From positions 1,216,001 to 1,280,000 of the forward strand of contig CBDCXL010000002.1 of NCBI GenBank assembly GCA_965223795.1: a stretch of 64,000 nt of DNA. The letters run 5' to 3'. Origin of the DNA: Nitrospinales bacterium. GTDB lineage: Bacteria > Nitrospinota > Nitrospinia > Nitrospinales > VA-1. Position numbers and translations under genes: made by a program. Positions 36,668 to 45,565 of this stretch are shown in pieces (within the stretch, counting starts at the first letter, position 1; the number at the start of each line of letters is the position of its first letter). A model generated the notes under the pieces. It was not told where the DNA came from. It was given only the letters and a program-made list of their open reading frames with translations, and did not search any database.

Positions 36668-37609
36668 ATGATGCGTGGAACGCACTATTTGCGCTGGGCC
36701 GCCCTGGGCTTTTTGGCGTTTTTTATCGTATCGGGATGCGGATCCGCCAAAGTCCGGGTGAGCCAAAAATCGGACCAACCCACCACCTTTCCCAAAAAAG
36801 TGGCGGTGCTGCCCTTCACGGTGGAGCCCAACATCCAGGAAGAAGAATTCCCCCACATTATTTTCCGCGAAGTGTTTTTCAATAATTTCAGCTACCTCGG
36901 CTTCACCGATATGCCGCTGGACGAAGTGGATCAAAGGCTGTACAACGCGGGCGTTCCTCCGGAAAACGCGGCCAAGCTCAGGCCCCGGGAGCTCAGACGG
37001 ATCTTCGGCGTGGACGCGGTGATCCGGGGCCATGTGCTGGAGGCCAACAATTTCACCGGCGGCATCCACGCGGAAACGCTCATCGGCGCGCGTCTCGAAA
37101 TGCTCGATCTGACCACCGGGGAATCCCTCTGGGAAGTGGAGCACACGGAAGTCAGCTATTCGGGCATCGCCACACCCACGATCGTCGACATCATTCAAGA
37201 GCAGATGGAGAACGTCAAGGTGCAGCAGGCGTATTACAAAACGGCGGAGATGTTCTGCCAGAAAATCCTGAAGCAGATTCCCGATCCGGCGCACACGCGT
37301 CTGGATGAAGTCCAGCCGCCGCTGATCAAAAGCATCGAAACCAACATCCGCCCCAACAAGGAACTGAAGGCGAACGACCTGATCCGCGTGATCCTCCGGG
37401 GCCAGCCGGGCCTGACCGCGAGCTTCGACATCGGCAGCTGGCGGACGAGCATTCCCATGGAGGAGGTCGCCGTCGGCGTGTATTCGGGCAGCTACCGCAT
37501 CAAGAAGGGGGACCAGGTGGCGAGTGCGTTCATCATCGGCACGCTTAAAAACAAACGCGGGCTGGCGAGCAAAAAATACTACAAGGCCGTGATGGCCACC
37601 ATCCATTGA
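36668..37609 (+). CDS. DUF799/GNA1162-like lipoprotein with C-terminal beta domain
   Basis: Lipobox VSGC; KVAVLPF...FGVDAVIRG...MLDLTTGESLW; C-terminal LRGQPG...MEEVAVGVYSGSY. Confidence 0.75.
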   Translation: MMRGTHYLRWAALGFLAFFIVSGCGSAKVRVSQKSDQPTTFPKKVAVLPFTVEPNIQEEEFPHIIFREVFFNNFSYLGFTDMPLDEVDQRLYNAGVPPENAAKLRPRELRRIFGVDAVIRGHVLEANNFTGGIHAETLIGARLEMLDLTTGESLWEVEHTEVSYSGIATPTIVDIIQEQMENVKVQQAYYKTAEMFCQKILKQIPDPAHTRLDEVQPPLIKSIETNIRPNKELKANDLIRVILRGQPGLTASFDIGSWRTSIPMEEVAVGVYSGSYRIKKGDQVASAFIIGTLKNKRGLASKKYYKAVMATIH

Positions 37610-37618
37610 CGAGGATCG

Positions 37619-38887
37619 ATGACTTTTTCTGATTTTTGGCGCAGACAACACGGCACTTTCCCATTCGGCAGCATCGCGAAACGCGCGGTGTGGATCGCGA
37701 TCGTTTCCTTCGGCCTGTTCGCCTGCTCCAGCGACCTGCAAACCAAAGTCTCCGGAAATCTCAACGCGCTTTCCGGCGAGCAGATCGTCGCCATCCTGCC
37801 GGTGGAGGTGGCGGACCACTCACCCCGGGACGCGGCCAACCTGTTTAGGCAGGTGCTGCACTCCAAACTCAAGCAAACGCATTTTGAAATACTGGAACCC
37901 TACGTGGTGGACGGCCTGCTCCGAAAAAACGGCCTCACGGAACCGGCGAAATACCCCACGGTCAATCCGATGCATCTGGGCGAAGTGCTGGGCGCGGACG
38001 TGGTCCTCATCAGCCGTTTGAACAAGGTCGAGCGGTCGTATTTTCTGGTGCACTCGTCCATCAAGCTCAGCATTTCGGTGCAGATGGTGGACACGCGCTC
38101 GGGTGAGATCCTGTGGCGGGCGGAGCAGACCGAAACCGATTACCAGGGGTTCTGGAAGATCCCCACGGGTGTCGCTTCGGCTGTGGTGGGACCGTTCTAT
38201 TTCGTGACCAACAAGCTGAGTTTGAACCGCATCACCACGAAGATGGTGGACAAGCTGACGGATGTGGTGAAGCACCCCGGACGCGCGGGCAAGGACAAGA
38301 CCTTCGCCAAACCGCTGATCGCCTCGGCGGCGGCGCGGGACATTCAGCGCGTCGAAAAAGCCCAGCAGGTGCGGGCGAAGTGGGCCGGCCAGCTTTTCGA
38401 AGACGCGGAATCGATCTGGTCGCGCGATTCCCTGGCGGCCATCCACGGAGCGCCCAAGCCCAAGGTTCAGCCCGTCACCCTGACGGCGAGCTACCAGCCG
38501 GAGCCGCAGTACCCCGTGCCGGGACTGTCGCAGACGCTGGAGATTCCGATCGACATCACGCCGAACCCGACCGAACCGGCGGACGCCGTTAAGAAATTGC
38601 CGGAGACCGCAGCGCGGGCGAAGCCGAAGCGCGAAAAAACACCGCGGGTGTACACGGTCCAGGTGGGCGCCTACCGCACGCGGGCGCTCGCGGAGAAGCT
38701 GGTTGCGCGGCTGGTCGGCAAGGGGTATCAGGCTTTCATGACCGAGCCGACGCCAAAGAAAAAAACCATCCTGTACCGGGTGCGCGTCGATCTGTTCCCG
38801 AACAAAAAAGGCGCGGCACAGCTCGCGAAAAAACTGCGCTCCAGGGAGCATCTGAAAAATTTCGTCACCACCCTCAGCGCGCTTTGA
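37619..38887 (+). CDS. DUF799-like lipoprotein with C-terminal SPOR domain
   Basis: Lipobox LFAC; VAILP...LGADVVL...MVDTRSGEILW; Pro-rich linker; SPOR motif YTVQVGAY...GY.AF...YRVRV. Confidence 0.8.
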   Translation: MTFSDFWRRQHGTFPFGSIAKRAVWIAIVSFGLFACSSDLQTKVSGNLNALSGEQIVAILPVEVADHSPRDAANLFRQVLHSKLKQTHFEILEPYVVDGLLRKNGLTEPAKYPTVNPMHLGEVLGADVVLISRLNKVERSYFLVHSSIKLSISVQMVDTRSGEILWRAEQTETDYQGFWKIPTGVASAVVGPFYFVTNKLSLNRITTKMVDKLTDVVKHPGRAGKDKTFAKPLIASAAARDIQRVEKAQQVRAKWAGQLFEDAESIWSRDSLAAIHGAPKPKVQPVTLTASYQPEPQYPVPGLSQTLEIPIDITPNPTEPADAVKKLPETAARAKPKREKTPRVYTVQVGAYRTRALAEKLVARLVGKGYQAFMTEPTPKKKTILYRVRVDLFPNKKGAAQLAKKLRSREHLKNFVTTLSAL

Positions 38888-38917
38888 AATTTCCCCTGCG
38901 CGTCTCTGCCTCCCGAT

Positions 38918-40072
38918 TCAACCGCCGCTGAGCCAGCGGTCCACGATCCCGAAAAAACGCCCGACCTCTTCCTCGCTGTTGTAAAAATGCGGCGACAGGC
39001 GCACGTTGCCGTCGCGCACGGTGAACACCACATGGTTCGCCTGCATGTGGCCGGAGAAAGCGCGCAGACGTTCGGGTTTAAGCGTGAAGACGACGCTGCC
39101 CGAGCGTTCTTTCTCCACTGTTGAACTGAGCACTTCGATGCCGCGCTCGGCGAGCCCTGCGAGAAGGGCGTCGCCCAGCTTGAGGATGCGCCTGGCGACG
39201 GCGTCCATGCCCGCTTCGTGAAACAGCGACAGCGCCGCGCCGAGGGCGTGGATGCTGAGCGTGTTGAAGCTGCCTTCCTCGAATTTTTTCGCGTCGGGAC
39301 GCAGGGTGAAATCGATGCTGGAAAAATCGTGCGCGTTCACGACGCTGTCCCAGCCGACGTTGACGGGATGGATTCGATCCATCACCTCTGCAGAAACGTA
39401 AAGCCCGCCCAGCCCTTCGACGCTGAGCAGCCATTTGTGGCCGTCCGCGGCGAGACAGTCGATGTTGTCTTTTTTCACGTCCATGGGAAACACGCCCAGG
39501 CTCTGGATGGCGTCGACGCAGAACAGGATGCCCCTCTCTTTACAGAACGCGCCGAGGCGGCCGAGGTCGTTGCGGAAGCCGCTGGCGTATTCGACGGAGC
39601 TGATCGTCAGCACCCGCGTGCGTTCGTCCACGGCCGCTTCGATGTCGTCAAACAGCACGCGCCCCTCGCGAGCCGGAACGAAGCGGGTGTCGACGCCGCG
39701 GCGCTTGAGGTTGAGCCAGGGGTAGACATTGGCGGGAAATTCGATGTCGGGCACGACGACGTTGTCGCCCTCTTTCCAGTCCAGCCCGTTGGCCACGAAG
39801 GACAGCCCTTCGGAGGTGTTCTTGACGAACGCCACCTCCTTCGCATCGGCGTGGATCAGGCGGGCGAAGCTTTCACGCACGGATTCGACGTGCCGCATCC
39901 AGTGTTCGTAGCTGGCGGTGCCGTTTTCGGACGCGTCGGCCGCGAACGCCTCGACGGCCTGGCGCACGCGCAGGGGCAGCGGGGCGACGCGGGCGTGGTC
40001 GAAAAAGATGCGGTTCTGCGTGACGGGGAACTCGCGGCGGATGCGTTCGGGCTGAAGGAGCGGGAGGTTCAT
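38918..40072 (-). CDS. Class V PLP-dependent enzyme
   Basis: FDHA, KNTSEG, VDAIQSLG, DGHKWLL, RLSPHFYN. The SufS-type catalytic Cys loop is absent. Confidence 0.88.
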   Translation of the reverse strand: MNLPLLQPERIRREFPVTQNRIFFDHARVAPLPLRVRQAVEAFAADASENGTASYEHWMRHVESVRESFARLIHADAKEVAFVKNTSEGLSFVANGLDWKEGDNVVVPDIEFPANVYPWLNLKRRGVDTRFVPAREGRVLFDDIEAAVDERTRVLTISSVEYASGFRNDLGRLGAFCKERGILFCVDAIQSLGVFPMDVKKDNIDCLAADGHKWLLSVEGLGGLYVSAEVMDRIHPVNVGWDSVVNAHDFSSIDFTLRPDAKKFEEGSFNTLSIHALGAALSLFHEAGMDAVARRILKLGDALLAGLAERGIEVLSSTVEKERSGSVVFTLKPERLRAFSGHMQANHVVFTVRDGNVRLSPHFYNSEEEVGRFFGIVDRWLSGG

Positions 40073-40091
40073 CGTTTCAAATCAACTTGCC

Positions 40092-41273
40092 TCAACCGCT
40101 CAATGCGCTTTTGCCGCGCTGGATGGAGCGAAATCCGTATTTGCCGCGAATGCGGTCGATGCTCCGGCACAGGCGCTGCTGGCGTTCCGGGTCCGCGAAC
40201 AGGTCGCTCTGGATGCAGCCCTCGCGGTTCAGTCCGGAAAGCGACACGCCGATGAGGCGCACGCGCGTGCTTGGGGTGATCGTCCTGCGGAACAGCCTGA
40301 GCACCGCCTGCAAGATCACCGGATCTTCGGAGGCCGGCTGATTCAGGGTGCACGAGCGGGTGCGGGTGGTGAAATCCGGAGTGCGCAGCTTGAGCGTGAC
40401 CGAACGGGCGAACAGGCCGGAGGCGCGCAGTTGCGCCGCCGCTTCCTCCACGAGGCGGCTGAGCGTCGCTTCGAGAAACAGCGGGTCTTTCACATCTTTC
40501 GCAAAGGTGGTTTCGCGGCCGATCGAGCGGCTGTCCTCTTCATGGGCGAGCACCGGATCGACGCAGACGCCGCGCGCGCGAAAGTGCAACACCGTTCCCC
40601 ACTTGCCGTGCGCCATCTCGAGGGTTTTTCGGGGCAGGGCGGCGAGCTGACCGACGGTGCGGATGCCCCTGCGTGTGAGCTTTTCGCCGCCTTTGCGCCC
40701 GACACCGGGCAGCCGGTGGATGGGCAGCGCACAGAGAAATTTCCGCTCCTTGCCGGGCGCGATCCACAGCAGGCCATTGGGCTTGGCGAAATCGGAGGCG
40801 ACCTTGGCGAGCAGCTTGTTGACGGCGATGCCGATGGAAGCGGTGATGCCGACGCGCGCGCGGATTTCCCTGCGGATCGACTCGGCGGCTTTGAGTACGG
40901 GGCCGTGCAGCCGTTCGCAGCCGGAGAGGTCCATGTAGGCTTCGTCGAGCGACACCGGTTCCACCAGCGGCGAATAGGTTCTCAGGATGTTAAAGATGCG
41001 CCGGGAAAATTCGCCGTACACGCCCTGGGAGACGCGCAGAAAGATCGCGTGCGGGCAGCGCCGTTTCGCTTCCACCATCGGCATGGCGGAGTGGACGCCG
41101 TAGCGGCGCGCGGCGTAGGAAGCGGTGGAGACGACGCCGCGTCCGTCGGGATCGCCGCCCACGATCACCGGCTTGCCCTTGAGCGAGGGATCCCGCACTT
41201 CCTCCACAGCCACGAAAAACGCGTCCATGTCGACGTGCAGGATCGTCCTCTCTGGGGTTTGATTCCGACTCAT
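40092..41273 (-). CDS. dinB: DNA polymerase IV
   Basis: HVDMDAFF, ASYAAR.YGVHSAM, SLDEAY, AKVASDFAKPNG. Confidence 0.96.
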   Translation of the reverse strand: MSRNQTPERTILHVDMDAFFVAVEEVRDPSLKGKPVIVGGDPDGRGVVSTASYAARRYGVHSAMPMVEAKRRCPHAIFLRVSQGVYGEFSRRIFNILRTYSPLVEPVSLDEAYMDLSGCERLHGPVLKAAESIRREIRARVGITASIGIAVNKLLAKVASDFAKPNGLLWIAPGKERKFLCALPIHRLPGVGRKGGEKLTRRGIRTVGQLAALPRKTLEMAHGKWGTVLHFRARGVCVDPVLAHEEDSRSIGRETTFAKDVKDPLFLEATLSRLVEEAAAQLRASGLFARSVTLKLRTPDFTTRTRSCTLNQPASEDPVILQAVLRLFRRTITPSTRVRLIGVSLSGLNREGCIQSDLFADPERQQRLCRSIDRIRGKYGFRSIQRGKSALSG

Positions 41274-41283
41274 GATACCGGCG

Positions 41284-41733
41284 TCAACTCGACTCGATCG
41301 TCACTTGAGTGGTGACGGAATTGGCGATGAAACACGCCTGATGCGCGCGGGCGTGGATTTTTTCGATCTCTTCCGGCGCCGGCGTTGTGTCGCCGCCCCA
41401 CTGCACCCTGGGCTTGAGCACGGCGCGGGTGACCGCAAATTTTCCGTCGGCGTTCTTTTCCAGATACCCCACGGCGGCGTCTTCGTAGCGTTCGATCTTG
41501 AGGCGCTTCTTGGCGGCGACGGCCAGGAAGGTCAGCATGTGGCAGCTCGACAGCGCGCCGACCAGCGCTTCCTCCGGGTCGACGCAATCGGGATTGCCCT
41601 GAAAACCGGGAGCGGCGGAGGCGTTGATCTCGACGCCGCCCTCGAACTCCCACACGTGATCGCGGTTGTAACCTTCGTGACTGAATTCCTCGCTGCCGCG
41701 GGCCCAGCGGACTTTGACTCGATGCTCGGACAT
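41284..41733 (-). CDS. OsmC-family protein
   Basis: DPEEALVGALSSCHMLTFL and AHQACFIANSV. Confidence 0.92.
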   Translation of the reverse strand: MSEHRVKVRWARGSEEFSHEGYNRDHVWEFEGGVEINASAAPGFQGNPDCVDPEEALVGALSSCHMLTFLAVAAKKRLKIERYEDAAVGYLEKNADGKFAVTRAVLKPRVQWGGDTTPAPEEIEKIHARAHQACFIANSVTTQVTIESS

Positions 41734-41776
41734 GCGTTTCCCCTTTCTCTTGGAATGTTGGCCCCGGCGGATCGGT

Positions 41777-42373
41777 TCATTTGAATTTGCGCAGGACGCC
41801 GATGACGACGCCCTGTATCTTGAAGTCCCCTTCGTTGACGATGATGGGCTGCATGTTCTGGTTGGCGGGCTGCAGGCGCACCTGGCCGTTTTCCCGGTAA
41901 AACCGCTTGAGGGTGGCTTTCTCGTTGTCGAGCAGGGCGACGACGGTCTCGCCGTTGTCGGCGCTGTCCCGCTTCTGCACGAACACGTAATCGCCGTCCC
42001 TGATCTGATCCTCGATCATGGAATCGCCCTTGGCCCTGAGGACGTAGACGTCCTTGTCCAGGGGATCGGGCAGGATGGACACGGTCTCGCGGCTGTCCAT
42101 CGCCTCGATGGGCCTGCCGGCGGCGATGTGGCCGAGCACGGCGTATTCCCGGCCGTTGTGCGTCTCTTCGGTGATCTCGATGGCGCGGCTCAGGTTGTGC
42201 TCTTTGCGGATCAGCCCCTTGGTCTCCAGGTGGCTGAGATGCTTGTGCACGGTGGCCGGGGAGTTGAGGTTGAACTCCCGGCCGATTTCCATGATGCTCG
42301 GCGCGTAGCCCTTGCTTTGGATGTGTTCTTTCAGGTATTGGTAGATTTCCCGCTGCCGCTTGGTGAGGTGCAT
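41777..42373 (-). CDS. lexA: SOS repressor LexA
   Basis: LTKRQ...GYAPS..EI, SPATVHKHL, IAAG cleavage site, GDSM Ser and ATLKRF Lys. Confidence 0.96.
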   Translation of the reverse strand: MHLTKRQREIYQYLKEHIQSKGYAPSIMEIGREFNLNSPATVHKHLSHLETKGLIRKEHNLSRAIEITEETHNGREYAVLGHIAAGRPIEAMDSRETVSILPDPLDKDVYVLRAKGDSMIEDQIRDGDYVFVQKRDSADNGETVVALLDNEKATLKRFYRENGQVRLQPANQNMQPIIVNEGDFKIQGVVIGVLRKFK

Positions 42374-42407
42374 GCCCCCTTGTCTCCCGTTGGATTCGTT
42401 GCGGGGC

Positions 42408-42436
42408 AGTATAGGCGAAAATTTTTCGAAAATCAA
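42408..42436 (-). promoter_or_regulatory. lexA promoter with candidate LexA operator in the spacer
   Basis: TTGATT-N17-TATACT; the spacer contains CGAAAA-T-TTTTCG (42416-42428). Confidence 0.7.
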
Positions 42437-42508
42437 CCGGGCGCACGGGCAACAGGCCGGCCCTAGTGACACCGCCCTGCGAAACGAAGAAGGAGAGACG
42501 ATCGGATC

Positions 42509-42949
42509 ATGGCGGATAAACTGAAACTGCTGTTTTTGTGCACGGGCAATTCCTGCCGCAGCCAGATGGCGGAGGGCTGGGCGCGCGCCCTGAAAGGCGA
42601 CGCGATCGAGCCCTATTCGGCGGGGCTTGAGGCGCACGGGCTCAACCCGCTGGCGGTGAAGGCGATGGCGGAGGCGGGGGTCGACATCACGGGGCAGCAA
42701 TCCCAGCGCATCGAGGAGGTGATTGCGGTGCCGTTCGACCGGGTGGTCACGGTGTGCGCGCACGCCGACGCCAACTGCCCGCTGTTTCCCCACGATGTCC
42801 CGGTGACGCACAAAGGATTCGACGATCCGCCCAAACTGGCGCGATCGGCGAAAAGCGAAGAGGAGGCGCTGGCGCATTACCGCAGGGTGCGCGATGAAAT
42901 CCGCGCCTACGTGGAATCGCTGCCGGAGAGTCTCAAGGAAAAGGCGTGA
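42509..42949 (+). CDS. arsC: Arsenate reductase (LMW-PTP fold)
   Basis: CTGNSCRSQMAEG, VTVC...CPLFP, FDDP. Confidence 0.88.
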   Translation: MADKLKLLFLCTGNSCRSQMAEGWARALKGDAIEPYSAGLEAHGLNPLAVKAMAEAGVDITGQQSQRIEEVIAVPFDRVVTVCAHADANCPLFPHDVPVTHKGFDDPPKLARSAKSEEEALAHYRRVRDEIRAYVESLPESLKEKA

Positions 42950-42970
42950 GTTGCGCTAAAGGCGCGGAGG

Positions 42971-43894
42971 TCAGAACTTGATTTCGGGGGTCTTTGCGGG
43001 AATTATCTTCACGGGCAGCCGTTTAGACACCGGTTTCGTTTCTTTGAGGACGGCGTCCGCGGGAACCTGCTCAATCGAGCTCAGCCGCGAGGCGTCCTGG
43101 TTTTTTCTCAGATTCGCGACGGCTTTCTGCTTGTCCTTGTCGAGGATCTGGGACCAGTGAACCTGTTCGGCCTTTTCTTCATCCTGGGCGTTCCAGGTTT
43201 TGGCGAACACCGGTTCCTGGAAGGTGCCCTCGTTGTCGGCCTGATCGGGAAACTTCACGAGGGAAGTGAGTTTGCCCACCATATTCGAAGTCATGCGGTC
43301 CATTTCCACGGCGTTGGTCACCAGATACAGCGGCGCGATCACCGCGGAGGCCAGTCCGGTGGGGATCTTGGCCAGGCCTTCGTAATCGGATTCGGTCTGC
43401 TCCGCCATCCACAGGATCTCGCCCGAGCGGGTGTCCACCATGCGGGCGGAAATATTGAGCTCGATGGAGGAATGCAGCAGCATGTAGGATTTTTCCACTT
43501 TGTTGATGCGCGTGAGCAGCACCGCGTCCACACCCAGAACCTCGCCGAAGCGCATGGGATTCATGTCCCAGAACTCGCCGGTATCGGTCAGCCCGCTCCG
43601 CTTGAGCTGCGCGTCGACCATGTAATGCTCTAGCAGGTTGAACTGCGATTGCTTGAGGTTGGCGTGCAGGCTCTGGCGGAACAGATCGGCCATTTCCTGC
43701 TGCTTTTCATCCTGCACCTGGGCGGGCAGGATCGCCACGGTGTGGCGCGCGGACAGTTTGTTGATGTTGCCGGAGACCTTGGTGCTCAGATGGGTGGTCC
43801 CGCAGGCGGAAAGCGCAAGCCCGGCTGCAAGACAGACCAGCGTGTGCCGCCACGCCGCTCTCACAGTATTTTGACTGTTCTGTGTCTGTCTCAC
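42971..43894 (-). CDS. DUF799-like lipoprotein, paralogue of 37619-38887 without SPOR
   Basis: Lipobox LSAC; shares TKVSGN, LFRQ, HSSI, MVDTRSGEILW.AEQTE and KIPTG.ASAV with the paralogue. Confidence 0.8.
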   Translation of the reverse strand: MRQTQNSQNTVRAAWRHTLVCLAAGLALSACGTTHLSTKVSGNINKLSARHTVAILPAQVQDEKQQEMADLFRQSLHANLKQSQFNLLEHYMVDAQLKRSGLTDTGEFWDMNPMRFGEVLGVDAVLLTRINKVEKSYMLLHSSIELNISARMVDTRSGEILWMAEQTESDYEGLAKIPTGLASAVIAPLYLVTNAVEMDRMTSNMVGKLTSLVKFPDQADNEGTFQEPVFAKTWNAQDEEKAEQVHWSQILDKDKQKAVANLRKNQDASRLSSIEQVPADAVLKETKPVSKRLPVKIIPAKTPEIKF

Positions 43895-43920
43895 GCTTCA
43901 CCTTGCACTGTGTGTGTTTT

Positions 43921-44073
43921 TTAATGCCCCATCGTGATGCGGGCGACCCAGTCGATGCCGAGGATGCCGGCCGCGAAATACAGCAGCGCCTTGAATGCCA
44001 GCCATCCGTTGTGGACGGATCGAACCTCGCCCCGGCCACCGCCCGCCATTTCATTTCGCTGTCTGGAATGCAT
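43921..44073 (-). CDS. 50-aa single-TM small protein (below the ORF-track cutoff)
   Basis: MHSRQRNEMAGGGRGEVRSVHNGWLAFKALLYFAAGILGIDWVARITMGH; GAGGG 4 nt before the ATG; C/G-ending codons; 26 bp upstream of the lipoprotein gene. Confidence 0.55.
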   Translation of the reverse strand: MHSRQRNEMAGGGRGEVRSVHNGWLAFKALLYFAAGILGIDWVARITMGH

Positions 44074-44361
44074 CCGGCCCTCGTGATCCTTGCTGGGTTA
44101 TTTCCTTTTATAGGTGCACAGTTCATGCCGTTTTTTGCGCAAACTGTTATATTTTGTGCAACTCGCCGTTTAACAAGCCAAATTTTTAGAGACAAAATTT
44201 TACATACCCGGTTTATGGTAAAAAATACTGTCAAATTTACACCCACATTGATCACAATATTGACCAGTTTTGTGATCCAGCTTACAAAACTGGGTCTGGA
44301 ACACGGCCAGGGCGGGAACCGCTTGCTTTGGCAGATCAACAGGGGTAATTTGGAAACCATC

Positions 44362-45486
44362 ATGCGGAACAACACGATAAAAATCGGTTTATCAATCCTA
44401 TGGGTCGCTGCCGCGCTGTCATTCTTTAGATCCGCGCTTGAGGCTCAGGAACCGCCGGCGGCCCGGCCGGATCCGCAAGCGACGCTGCGCGTCGCTGTGG
44501 TCGGCGACACGGGAATCGGCGAGCGGGCGTTTCACTGGGGCTTCCTCGCGGTGCAGCGGGCGATGGAATCGGAGAAGCCGGATGTGCTGCTGCATCTGGG
44601 AGATTTTGTCTACCAGCCGGAGTTCATGCCGGACCGCTGCGATGAAAAATACATCGAGGAAATCAAGGCCACGCTGGTGCAGCCGTTTCCGATGCGGCTG
44701 TTCGTCGCGGGCGACAACGACCTGCCGCCGCACCGCAGAAAGCCGAAGGCTTCGGGCTGCTGGGAACACATCGATCCTCTGGACTCGCCGTTCGACACGC
44801 GCGTGGCCTGGGGACCGCAGCCGCGCGCGTTCGAGGGCACCAAGGTGATCGGCAACACGCTGTTCGCGGTGCTCAACAACCAGCCCTGGCAGGACCCGAC
44901 ACCGTGGCTGGAGCCTGAGATCAAGCGGGCCCGGCAGGAGGGCCTGTGGGTGGTGGTGGCGGTGCACGAGCCGGCGCTGACGACGGCGTGGTACCTGGAA
45001 AAACGCGCGACCGTGCTCCGGCAGATCAACGCACTGGGCCCGGATCTGGTGCTTTCAGGCAATCAGCATTCCTACGAACGCTTCCACGCGCTCGGCGTGC
45101 CGGACGAGGACGGCGTGTTTTCCGTGCACGCCTCGCCCACGGGCGAGTACCCGCAGGGAACGGGAACGGTGCACGTGGTTTCGGGCGGCGGCGGCGCGCT
45201 GATCAAGCCGTTCGCCGACCAGCAGGGGATCGCCGAGCGCACGGCGCCCAAGGCGGTGTTCGACGCGCTGGCGGCGCGGGCGCTGATGAACCATTACCTG
45301 ATTCTGGAAATGACGCCGCGGACGCTCACCGGCAAAACCTTTCGGGTGTGTCCGGGCGAGGCGCAGGAAGGCAAAAAGAACCCGCGCTGGCGCGCGCGCA
45401 AAAAAATGTGGAACAGCATCTCGCTGCGCTGCGACGGCAAGCCGGTGGGCGTGACGCGGTTCGACCAGTTCACGATCGTGCGGTGA
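44362..45486 (+). CDS. Exported metallophosphoesterase (purple acid phosphatase-like, atypical ligands)
   Basis: Signal peptide; GDTG, HLGDFVY, AGDND, VHEP, SGNQHSYER, VSGGGG. Confidence 0.82.
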   Translation: MRNNTIKIGLSILWVAAALSFFRSALEAQEPPAARPDPQATLRVAVVGDTGIGERAFHWGFLAVQRAMESEKPDVLLHLGDFVYQPEFMPDRCDEKYIEEIKATLVQPFPMRLFVAGDNDLPPHRRKPKASGCWEHIDPLDSPFDTRVAWGPQPRAFEGTKVIGNTLFAVLNNQPWQDPTPWLEPEIKRARQEGLWVVVAVHEPALTTAWYLEKRATVLRQINALGPDLVLSGNQHSYERFHALGVPDEDGVFSVHASPTGEYPQGTGTVHVVSGGGGALIKPFADQQGIAERTAPKAVFDALAARALMNHYLILEMTPRTLTGKTFRVCPGEAQEGKKNPRWRARKKMWNSISLRCDGKPVGVTRFDQFTIVR

Positions 45487-45565
45487 GTGAATGAGATAAC
45501 GCTTTAGACTAAGTTCTCTCAGTGAGAGTTAGAAAACTTTTTTAGAAAGACTCCACAATTTCATT

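Noticed and set aside
38918..40072. Cysteine desulfurase (SufS/IscS) for the Fe-S locus
   Set aside because: It lacks the RxGHHC or SSGSAC catalytic cysteine loop.
43882..44361. 160-aa N-terminal extension of the metallophosphoesterase ORF
   Set aside because: It runs through AT-rich intergenic DNA and the opposite-strand small ORF; a signal peptide begins at the ATG at 44362.
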